A stretch of 64,000 nucleotides of DNA, taken from IMG/VR virus record IMGVR_UViG_3300037258_000375, positions 1 to 64,000 of that record. One strand, 5' to 3'. Source of the DNA: a virus. Position numbers and translations under genes: made by a program. Positions 56,725 through 64,000 of this stretch are shown in pieces (positions within the stretch are counted from its first letter, which is position 1; each line of letters opens with the position of its first letter). The notes under the pieces are model-generated. The model saw only the letters and a program-made list of their open reading frames with translations, was not told the origin of the DNA and searched no databases.

Positions 56725-57659
56725 AGACGTGCGGCCTTGCCTGCTCCGGACGTCGTCAGCGCAGCCGCCGCGTGCGCGCTGTGCTTCACCAGGGCATGTG
56801 CTTCGTGATCGCTCACGCCGACCGCAACCAGATCGTCAACGACCGAGTCTGCCGACTTCTCTTCACAGAGAGCGACGGTAGAGGCGATGAGTTCGCAAAT
56901 CAGGTTCGCGTGCTGCAACACAAGAACAGACTCTTCTCCGAAAAGCTTCTTGTATTGCTCAAACGAGTGCTGATAGGAACCGTGCGGCCAGATCACGAAA
57001 ATGGTAAAGTTGCGGCGTGCTTCTTCGATGATCTCTGCGATGGGGATGTCGGCCTGGATGGTATCGCCGAACACAGCGTGGACATGCTTTTTCCCCACTT
57101 GATCGAAGATCGGCTCGTCTGCGAACATGAAGAAGTATCCCTTCTTGTCACGCTTCTCCAGGCAATCGAGGCTGACCTTGCGCGCCGCCGCATAAAGCAG
57201 CAGATCGTAAGACTCGCCGTGATTAGAGCCGCCTTGGCCGACAAGCCAGATGTTCCGGATGTGCTCATCCACGCGGATATCGCTCTCGAAGTCCGAAATC
57301 TGGATGCAGTTCTTGCCGACAGAAAAGAAGTCGTCGTTCGCGGCAACGGCAACTTGCGGGTCCGGCAAATACTTATTCAAGAGGTCCATGAGGTTCGGGA
57401 GCTTCTTCTGCGCATCGACGGCGCGGTCGTAGTTCGAACCGGTTACGTCGAACGCGACCAGCACTGCATTCGATGTCGGATGCTCAGCGGAATCCCGCGA
57501 TTCAAGCTTGCCGACAGGCTTTGTGTTAATACGCATCGGGTCCAGGTTCGCATGAACCGAACTCGCGGTTGTTGTGTAGGCAAAGTCTGGCGTGCCTGAA
57601 GCACGACGACTTGAAGTTGTACTGTGATATGTACCTGAGTCCCAGCGGCCACCGCCCAT
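56721..57659 (-). CDS. vWA-like domain protein
   Basis: MGGGRW N-terminus, ESRDS.EHP, FDVTGS MIDAS-like, GQGGSN.GESY, FADE. Confidence 0.82.
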   Translation of the reverse strand: MGGGRWDSGTYHSTTSSRRASGTPDFAYTTTASSVHANLDPMRINTKPVGKLESRDSAEHPTSNAVLVAFDVTGSNYDRAVDAQKKLPNLMDLLNKYLPDPQVAVAANDDFFSVGKNCIQISDFESDIRVDEHIRNIWLVGQGGSNHGESYDLLLYAAARKVSLDCLEKRDKKGYFFMFADEPIFDQVGKKHVHAVFGDTIQADIPIAEIIEEARRNFTIFVIWPHGSYQHSFEQYKKLFGEESVLVLQHANLICELIASTVALCEEKSADSVVDDLVAVGVSDHEAHALVKHSAHAAAALTTSGAGKAARL

Positions 57660-57671
57660 GATTTCCTCCGC

Positions 57672-58715
57672 TTACGTCGGCAAGTTGAATGCGATCCACT
57701 TCGGAGAGCCGTACTCCTTAGCAGCCGCCTCTTTCCAGTCCTGCAAAACATCTCCAGCTTTCTGGTAGCGTTTCTTATAGTCAGAATCGAGGCACTTCAC
57801 AAGAATTTTTCCCAAGGCGGGCATCCACAACGATCCGCAAAGATACACCATCAACTTCGCGGCCATGTAGATGTCCGAAGCAGGGCCGATGTACTTCTTA
57901 GACAGAAGCTCTGGCGCATAATGGTCCTGCCACGCCGGAATCCAGGATGACAGTCTTGTCCGCTCTTCGTAATTGACTGAATAGCACCAGTCGATCATCC
58001 GGATGGAGTGCTTGCGTGGATCGACACCGGAGCCTCCGTCGTTATCTGGATAGAACATAACGTGTGGCGGAAGGATCGCCCCATGCACCAGCCGGAAGTG
58101 ATGTGTCCATGTCAGTACAGCCAAAATCCTCTTAAACATCCAGACGCCGGTTCGCGTGTCAACATTCTCGATCTTCACGTGAACTTGCTGCGCGGTCACG
58201 AATCCTGAGAAATTCGTGATGACGTTCGCCTCGCGCTTCATCGTTGCCTCGATCCAGAAGTTGTCGATTAGCACAGGTACGCCTTCGCGGATCGGCCCGT
58301 CAATCTTGCTCAACGCTTTGAGTGCGACGATCTCCGCCCTAAGAAGGTCGTTGTCATCGTGATTTCTCGCAACCTTGATGAGTTCCTTGCCGCCTTCCGT
58401 TGTGTAGAGATCGGCGATGTCGCCGATGCGTGGGTGCGGCTTGGCGTTGTACTTACCGATCTTCAGAGGAACGCAGTGGGGGAGCGGAAGACGCTTGCCC
58501 CAATTGCCTTTCCTTACTCGAATATCGGCCTCATTCTTCAACGCGGAGAGTTGCTGGAACACTTTCGCAGCGAGCGGCTCTGTCGGATGAAAGTCGGGGT
58601 GACAAGACCGCGCGAGCTTCCTGAAGACCACAGACGGATCATCTCCCGATCCGAATACATCCTCCGGACAGCACGCGCTCTCCAGCTTATCGTGCATCAA
58701 TTGCAATTCGCTCAT
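57672..58715 (-). CDS. J-domain plus Ser/Thr kinase-like protein
   Basis: FRKLARSCHPD (J domain); LIKVA, VHGAILPPHVM, IDWCYS, YAPE, SDIYM. Confidence 0.82.
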   Translation of the reverse strand: MSELQLMHDKLESACCPEDVFGSGDDPSVVFRKLARSCHPDFHPTEPLAAKVFQQLSALKNEADIRVRKGNWGKRLPLPHCVPLKIGKYNAKPHPRIGDIADLYTTEGGKELIKVARNHDDNDLLRAEIVALKALSKIDGPIREGVPVLIDNFWIEATMKREANVITNFSGFVTAQQVHVKIENVDTRTGVWMFKRILAVLTWTHHFRLVHGAILPPHVMFYPDNDGGSGVDPRKHSIRMIDWCYSVNYEERTRLSSWIPAWQDHYAPELLSKKYIGPASDIYMAAKLMVYLCGSLWMPALGKILVKCLDSDYKKRYQKAGDVLQDWKEAAAKEYGSPKWIAFNLPT

Positions 58716-59347
58716 GCAGCTTCGTCCATGAACTTGCGCCGGGGCAAGATCGGTCCACTTGGCTTCACGCCTAAAGGATTTTCCGTGTAGCCCTCATACC
58801 ACGGTGCGGTTGAAGGAAGCGATAGGCGAATGAACTGGCGATCCACGTCGCCAAGCTGGCGGGTCGATTCATGCACACACATCCCGTCCACCCAATAGAC
58901 CATGCCTGGAGCGAAGATGGTGCCCGGAGAGCGTAGCTCGCCCCGCAGATGCTCGCAGCTTCCCTCTTCTCCCACTTCACCGTGGAATTGCTGCGCCCAG
59001 GCGCAACAGCCCGCGTGCGAAGACACAGTGAGCATCCCAGTCGCTCTGCTCGCCCAAGGCGCACCTCCACCCCATCCGCGACCCTCCCCGCCATCTACGT
59101 GCAGTCCTGCGCGCCGATGCGTTCGTCCGAGGGCAACCGTCTTCTCATCGATGGTGAGGTAGCCGACTTTCCCCAAATGCTTCGCGTCCATCATCCGGAA
59201 AAGGCACCACGCCACATCCCAGTAATGTAAAACAAAATCGGGAAAGGTCGATACGCCCCCGAGAATAATCGGAAGCATCATGACCCGTGTGCCCGAGAAC
59301 GGCGGTAATTTAACTTCGCCGACTTCGCGAAAAGTGCTTGTAAACAT
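58712..59347 (-). CDS. 2OG-Fe(II) dioxygenase-like protein
   Basis: RRAGLHVDG (HxD), VHES (distal His), RQFIRL. Confidence 0.6.
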   Translation of the reverse strand: MFTSTFREVGEVKLPPFSGTRVMMLPIILGGVSTFPDFVLHYWDVAWCLFRMMDAKHLGKVGYLTIDEKTVALGRTHRRAGLHVDGGEGRGWGGGAPWASRATGMLTVSSHAGCCAWAQQFHGEVGEEGSCEHLRGELRSPGTIFAPGMVYWVDGMCVHESTRQLGDVDRQFIRLSLPSTAPWYEGYTENPLGVKPSGPILPRRKFMDEAA

Positions 59348-59375
59348 ACCCTTCCCCCTTTTACTCATACACGAA

Positions 59376-60707
59376 CTAGAAGCTACCGCTATCGCCTCCG
59401 AAGCTACCGCTATCCCCGCCTCCGAAGTCCGATGAAGATGACGAGTCGCTGAAGCTGCTACTGCTGCTGTCGTCAAAGCCGCTCGATGACGATGAATCGC
59501 TAAAACTACTGCTACTGCTGTCATCGAAGCTGCTCGATGACGACGAGTCATTCCAACTGCTGCTCGATTCCTCTCGAACCGCGACCGGCTCCGGCTCTGG
59601 AACGAAGACGGGCTCGATGATGGGAACAATGACCGGGCTGGGGCCATAATAACCATCGTCGATGTACGCTGGCCGAGCAGGGGCCTTATTGATGATCGTC
59701 GTATTCGTCACAGACGGAGACGCTGCCGGAGCGGCCTGCGGAGGGGTTGGAGGTGTAGGGCCGGGTTTCGGAACGTCGGGATCAGGATTGCCCGCAGGAG
59801 CGGTAGAGTGGCCGTCGCCGGAATGCCTCGAAGCACTACGATCAAACCGGAACTTGCGCGAAGCTTGAGCTACTTCCGCATCGACTTTGTCGGCAATCCA
59901 CTTATAGCGCTTCCCGATCTCCTCGTACTCCTCGATGTCGAGACCTTTCGTATCCGGATTGAAGGTCTCGCTCTGGTTCAACCGGGAGAACTCCTCCGAC
60001 AATGCGTAGTTAGTGCTGTTGATGATCTTCCCCGCCGCCTCGTTCCGCCATAGCACCGCTTGTTGCTGCGCCAGGAGACGCTTGCGCCGGAAGTTAAACA
60101 GGGCGAGAATACCGATCACGCAACAACCGAGAAGGATCGCGCCAAGCAACCAATCCAGCCATCTCCAAAGTCCGGACATGTCTGTTGCTTGCTTGGTAAT
60201 AACGGTGGTGGCCGGATGTAGAGCCGCCGTTTGAAATGCTTCGATCTGCACTGCGGCTTGAGACATACCGGCAATCATGCCCCGTGTCCAGTCGCCGTCT
60301 CGGAAGGCGGGAGCCATGAACTGCGTGCGGATCACAGACGTATTGAGTGCCCGTCCGAACTCGTTCCCCACAAACAACCCCGCCGCGTGCCGCTTCGGGA
60401 ACACGAGGAACACGATCAGGTTGTTCTTCACTCCTCCGCTGGCCGATTGCCACGATGGACACTCCTTCTGTAGTGTGGCGACGTACTGCTCGGGCGTGGT
60501 CTTGGAGGTGTCATCCAAGATCACGCGCGGGTCGGCACCCTTCGCCGCGAGCATAGAAGCAGAATGAACAAGCGCATCACCCTGACCGCTCCTGAGAAGC
60601 GATGACGGGTCCGCGAAAACTGGCGAGTCGCACGAATGCGAAAACACTTGACTCCAGCCCATGGAGGCCAGAGCCACAAATATGCAGGCGATCAAAACTC
60701 GTCTCAT
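59376..60707 (-). CDS. TPM-domain membrane protein with an acidic Ser-rich tail
   Basis: Signal peptide, NNLIVFLV...G...MAPAFRDGDW..G, TM helix, (D/F)SSSSS repeats. Confidence 0.8.
   Translation of the reverse strand: MRRVLIACIFVALASMGWSQVFSHSCDSPVFADPSSLLRSGQGDALVHSASMLAAKGADPRVILDDTSKTTPEQYVATLQKECPSWQSASGGVKNNLIVFLVFPKRHAAGLFVGNEFGRALNTSVIRTQFMAPAFRDGDWTRGMIAGMSQAAVQIEAFQTAALHPATTVITKQATDMSGLWRWLDWLLGAILLGCCVIGILALFNFRRKRLLAQQQAVLWRNEAAGKIINSTNYALSEEFSRLNQSETFNPDTKGLDIEEYEEIGKRYKWIADKVDAEVAQASRKFRFDRSASRHSGDGHSTAPAGNPDPDVPKPGPTPPTPPQAAPAASPSVTNTTIINKAPARPAYIDDGYYGPSPVIVPIIEPVFVPEPEPVAVREESSSSWNDSSSSSSFDDSSSSSFSDSSSSSGFDDSSSSSFSDSSSSSDFGGGDSGSFGGDSGSF
59379..59570 (-). repeat. Coding tandem repeats (DSSSSSF / GGDSGSF)
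   Basis: Repeated gaagctaccgctatc and gctcgatgacga units. Confidence 0.75.
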
Positions 60708-60757
60708 GGAACTTCCTTTCACATCGAGCATTCGAGGGAGGGTTTCCGTGTGGTCGT

Positions 60758-61417
60758 TTATTTCAGTGACGCGAGAAGGGCATCCACTTCAGGGCTGTTC
60801 GCGTTCGATGGTTGAGGCGTTGTGGTGAGTGCCCGGTCAAACTCAGCGCTGGCTACATCGTTGTGGCGGCGCATTCTTTGCTCCACATCATCGACGGATT
60901 GATTGCCATCAAAGCCAAGTGCGGCATTCGCTTGGGTCAACGCGGAAGCGGCCTGATGCTTTGCCTTCGTGTCCATATCCAGGCGTTCGAGTTCACGCAC
61001 GCGAGCAACCATCAACTGATGCTTCGCGTTCAACAAATCGGCGGACTCCTTCAGCTTGGCCACCACGGTCTGTTGGTCGGTGATGTCGGTACCCATCTTC
61101 GTGAAGTGCGTCGTCTCTTCGACGATGTTTGCGGCCTTCATCCGCGCTGCCTGAGAATTGGGATCGGCAATGAGAATGGCCTTGACTTCCTTCTTCTGTG
61201 ATTCAATTTGATTGCCGAGGTCCTGGTATTCGCGGGTGAGCGTACGCAGTCCGCCATCCTGCGCAGCGATTTCGGTATTCATCTTGCCCATCGCGTCTTC
61301 GAGATCACGGCAATACTGACGCACGGCAGATGGTGAGTTCGCGTCAATCTCTTTATCCAGCAGATCATGTGCTGCACCCAGCGTGACGACGCGAAGCTTT
61401 TGCAGAAAACCAGTCAT
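60758..61417 (-). CDS. PspA/IM30-family protein
   Basis: GFLQKLR...HDLLDK...P.AVRQY.RDLED amphipathic N-terminus, coiled coil, C-terminal EVDALLASLK. Confidence 0.8.
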   Translation of the reverse strand: MTGFLQKLRVVTLGAAHDLLDKEIDANSPSAVRQYCRDLEDAMGKMNTEIAAQDGGLRTLTREYQDLGNQIESQKKEVKAILIADPNSQAARMKAANIVEETTHFTKMGTDITDQQTVVAKLKESADLLNAKHQLMVARVRELERLDMDTKAKHQAASALTQANAALGFDGNQSVDDVEQRMRRHNDVASAEFDRALTTTPQPSNANSPEVDALLASLK

Positions 61418-61457
61418 AAACTCTTCTCCTGGAGCGCCACGCAGTGGCCGGTTGCTG

Positions 61458-61736
61458 TTACAGTGCCGCTGCTAATTCGTAATCTTCCGCCAGTAGATCA
61501 CTCTGAGAGCACGCCCACGGTACGACGGTTCCCTGATAAGTCATCATGTCTACGTGCGACTGATACTGAATCTCCGTCCCTTCGGGATAGATACCCAAAA
61601 GCGGAAGTCGGTTCACCTGGAACTTAGAGCCCGGAACCAGGAACAGATACATTCCCTTCCCGTTCCAGCCAGCCCGACATACCCGCTCGCCGCTTTGCAA
61701 CTGTTCGAGTGCCCATCCTAATCCTTGCTTCTCCAT
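61458..61736 (-). CDS. DUF2829 protein (Tad2-like anti-defence sponge candidate)
   Basis: GWALEQL..GERV.RAGWNGKGMYLFL...VPWACSQSDLLAEDY. Confidence 0.85.
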   Translation of the reverse strand: MEKQGLGWALEQLQSGERVCRAGWNGKGMYLFLVPGSKFQVNRLPLLGIYPEGTEIQYQSHVDMMTYQGTVVPWACSQSDLLAEDYELAAAL

Positions 61737-61767
61737 TGATTTTTCCTTCCGCCACAACTGTGGCTGG

Positions 61768-62421
61768 TTATGCTGCTAGTCGAGTGCGATTTGCTATTTC
61801 AAGAAATTTCTTCTCATCGGTGCGCAGCATCAAAAGCTGCGATACCATGTTATCCGCATCCGGCATCCACTCCGACGGATGCGCACACAACCGCAAGATC
61901 GGTTTGCCCTTCTCGATCTGCTCGATGTTTTGCGACCGCTCCTTCTTGATCCGGTAGATGCGCTCGTTCACATGGGTCTCGAAATAGCCATGGTCTCGAT
62001 ACTGCCGAACCTGTTCTGGCTTGAGGATCGTAAACATCAACTGCTCGGCGCGCGCCTCCGCGATCTTTCGCTTTTCGGCTGCCTCGAAACGTGCCGCTTT
62101 CTCTTCGGCTGACTCGGGCGGTTGGCATCCAAGCCCAAGAATGGAAATCATTTGGTTATGATTGTTATTCATCATCTGGCTGTACATCATCTGGCTGTAC
62201 CAGATATTGGCGTTCGAGACGGTTACATAAGACATAGATGTGCCTGTCCCCCCACCTATTGCATAGGCAGAGTCCGCACTCTTCGACGCGCCCCCGAGCA
62301 GCTTTGACCAGTTATTGCTCATTTGATCCACCATCGCTTGCGCGCCATAGGCAGTCCTCGCGCCCTTCACATCCGATCCGTTCAACGCTTTTGAAATCCA
62401 CGACTCCGATTTATATGGCAT
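61768..62421 (-). CDS. Partner protein B of the Gly-Gly module (LCxH...PxxD...DE)
   Basis: AEARAEQL...Q...GYF...YRI...LCAHP...PDADNM..QLLMLRTDEKKFL..AN. Confidence 0.7.
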   Translation of the reverse strand: MPYKSESWISKALNGSDVKGARTAYGAQAMVDQMSNNWSKLLGGASKSADSAYAIGGGTGTSMSYVTVSNANIWYSQMMYSQMMNNNHNQMISILGLGCQPPESAEEKAARFEAAEKRKIAEARAEQLMFTILKPEQVRQYRDHGYFETHVNERIYRIKKERSQNIEQIEKGKPILRLCAHPSEWMPDADNMVSQLLMLRTDEKKFLEIANRTRLAA

Positions 62422-62854
62422 TGTCGCTCGCCTTCATCATTCTTTTTGCTTTGTCGAGGAAGGTTTGCTCATCCTTCTTGGGAGGCCATCCGTTGGGATC
62501 GGACGGTACGAACATCTCCTGGGCCACGACAACCTGCTTGCTAGTTTGTATGCCAAGACATGTGATCTTCCGCACGAAGACGCGCCTCAGACCGCCCATC
62601 TCCTTCAACTCCTGCTCGTTGTAGAAGACGTGAAATCCGGGAGCATACGGCTTCGAGTCTAATGCGGTGATTTTTTTCCCTGGAGTGTGTTCGTCTGTGG
62701 CGGTGATCCATTTATCCAGCGGCACGTCTGCCGATTTGGCGATGGTGAACTGCTGGAAGGTCGGCTTCCTCGCGGTGCCGCCGAATTCCTTCCAGGCATC
62801 CATGATGAGGCCCGAAGGATTATCGTATGTCTCTTTGACTATGGAGAGGCACAT
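62411..62854 (-). CDS. Hypothetical protein starting Met-Cys-Leu
   Basis: MCLS...YAPGFHVF. Confidence 0.65.
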   Translation of the reverse strand: MCLSIVKETYDNPSGLIMDAWKEFGGTARKPTFQQFTIAKSADVPLDKWITATDEHTPGKKITALDSKPYAPGFHVFYNEQELKEMGGLRRVFVRKITCLGIQTSKQVVVAQEMFVPSDPNGWPPKKDEQTFLDKAKRMMKASDNAI

Positions 62855-62861
62855 AGCTCAA

Positions 62862-63116
62862 CTAACCCCCGATCATGCGCGCATGAAGAATTATGCGTTC
62901 GGCGGTCGGATCGAACGCATTGAGAACCTCACCCTGGTCGCCTTTTTTGCTGACCGAGTAAGCGAGGTAGCCTTTGGCTTTTAGCTCATTGAAACGCGCT
63001 TCCGCCTTGGAAACTTCGGCTGGGTTGTTGCGATCCCATTGCATCCGGGTATCGCCTGTGTCATCGAGTATGTTGAGTTCTCCCCCGTGGGCGCGGTCAA
63101 TGATTTCTAGTTCCAT
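62862..63116 (-). CDS. Small protein B ending in Gly-Gly
   Basis: ILDDTGD...W...GYLAY...FDP..ERIILHARMIGG*; GGGAG SD. Confidence 0.75.
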   Translation of the reverse strand: MELEIIDRAHGGELNILDDTGDTRMQWDRNNPAEVSKAEARFNELKAKGYLAYSVSKKGDQGEVLNAFDPTAERIILHARMIGG

Positions 63117-63164
63117 TGTCTGTCTTCTCCCGAAGATTGAACGATTTACCTATAGCTTCCCAAT

Positions 63165-63193
63165 AGTCTGCGCTATCCGGGATGGGCTGTCAA
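63165..63193 (-). promoter_or_regulatory. Promoter, TTGACA-N17-CAGACT type, driving the 63.1 to 54 kb operon
   Basis: TTGACAGCCCATCCCGGATAGCGCAGACT. Confidence 0.7.
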
Positions 63194-63219
63194 GAAAAAT
63201 TGCGCCCATGATGCGGATG

Positions 63220-63690
63220 CTAGATCGCCGTCGAAATATCCTCTGGCGGTGCGATTCTACGGCTCCCTTGCAAACTATTACAAAAAGGGCAGATGGCATA
63301 ATTATGTGGCTTTCCGTCCACAACGATGCGGTCGTCTCTGCTGCCCCCGCCCATGCCACGCGATGACTCGTGCCCGAAGACCACTTCATCGAACGGCCAT
63401 TGGCCTTGACGCTTCTTGCATTCGTCTGAAATCTGGAGAGCACAGCGCTTGCCCTGCTGATCCCACCGCGTCCGCTTGCGGCTGATATATTCGTCCATGC
63501 CCTTCTTGCTGTCGAGCTTGCAGACCTCGCGGCCATCGGGATAGCGAAAGACGCCGTCTTCGCATAGGAACTTTGGCACGTGCTTCACTTGAGATGGTCT
63601 CCCGAATGCCTGTGCTTCTCTTTTCACGCCGCGAGGCTCGGGGCGTTTAGGACGCAGCGGAGTCTTTCGGCGGAGTGGCGTTCGTTTCAT
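63220..63690 (-). CDS. HNH-like nuclease
   Basis: MKRTPLRRKTPL N-terminus; C..C, GH..SRGMGG, CPFCN. Confidence 0.6.
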   Translation of the reverse strand: MKRTPLRRKTPLRPKRPEPRGVKREAQAFGRPSQVKHVPKFLCEDGVFRYPDGREVCKLDSKKGMDEYISRKRTRWDQQGKRCALQISDECKKRQGQWPFDEVVFGHESSRGMGGGSRDDRIVVDGKPHNYAICPFCNSLQGSRRIAPPEDISTAI

Positions 63691-63957
63691 TAGTCTGCGA
63701 GTGTTGCAAGAACTTCATCGGGAATACTTGAATGACTGAAGCCCACACGTTCGAGCACTATGTCTTCCCGCCCGTCGTCCGGCTTGGGAGTCCACATCGC
63801 CCTCATCCCCTGCCACCATAGTCTATCGCCAACCTTCATTTCTTTGGTGTCTCTGATCCGGATTGCACATGTCTGATCTGCATACGTCGTATCCAAACAT
63901 TGGACCCCAGGTACTCTCCGTAAGCTTCACGATGTTAATGACTACGCCGCCGACCAT
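63690..63957 (-). pseudogene. Hypothetical gene with an apparent +1 frameshift in a G4 run at about 63906
   Basis: MVGGVVINIVKLTESTW joins VQCLDTTYADQTCAI if one G is removed; SD before the ATG at 63957. Confidence 0.5.
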
Positions 63958-64000
63958 TATGTGACCTTTCCTCTTGTTAAGTGCCGACCTTCGGCCCATC

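Larger units (their letters stand above)
1..64000. mobile_element. Large tailed bacteriophage/prophage genome segment
   Basis: Terminase, portal-like, capsid-like, homing endonucleases and dense small co-oriented ORFs throughout; no host housekeeping block. Confidence 0.95.

Noticed and set aside
1-64000. tRNA/rRNA genes and diversity-generating retroelement
   Set aside because: No cloverleaf or rRNA-like tract recognised by eye; no reverse transcriptase; the 236-bp repeat copies appear identical, with no adenine-specific mismatches.

Overview
The whole window is part of a large tailed (Caudoviricetes-type) phage or prophage genome. No rRNA, tRNA or CRISPR array was recognised. Layout: (1) 1-13.6 kb, minus strand: head/packaging module with an intein-containing terminase large subunit, probable portal, scaffold, major capsid and virion proteins, plus two free-standing homing endonucleases. 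(2) 13.6-26.9 kb, minus strand: small accessory and regulatory genes (XRE HTH, receiver-like protein, cold-shock protein, Fis-like protein, Lar-like protein). (3) 26.9-28.9 kb: a largely non-coding divergence point with a skew switch, short repeats, a parS-like site and DnaA-box-like sites. (4) 28.9-50.6 kb, plus strand: early/middle genes, including a repeat-delimited cassette array, an AAA/vWA trio, sliding clamp, ParB-like protein, ECF sigma factor, SpoU/TrmH methyltransferase, a lone CapW-like wHTH and a serine recombinase. (5) 50.6-64 kb, minus strand: a roughly 9 kb operon with DUF2829/Tad2-like, PspA, TPM, 2OG-Fe(II)-like, J-domain kinase, vWA and PurA-like genes. The best candidate for an undescribed system is a two-gene module found twice, once at each end of that operon: a small protein ending in Gly-Gly plus a partner with a conserved LC-x-H...P-x-x-D...DE motif, suggesting a phage-encoded ubiquitin-like conjugation or decoy system. 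Two genome-wide DNA motifs also stand out: the 15-bp palindrome RTCCRRRNYYYGGAY (at least 10 copies) and a TTGACA-N17-(AGCG)CAGANT promoter/operator. An Acidobacteriota-like host is an inference from the style of the Fis-like, ECF and basic proteins. All product calls come from motif recognition by eye; no database searches were run.
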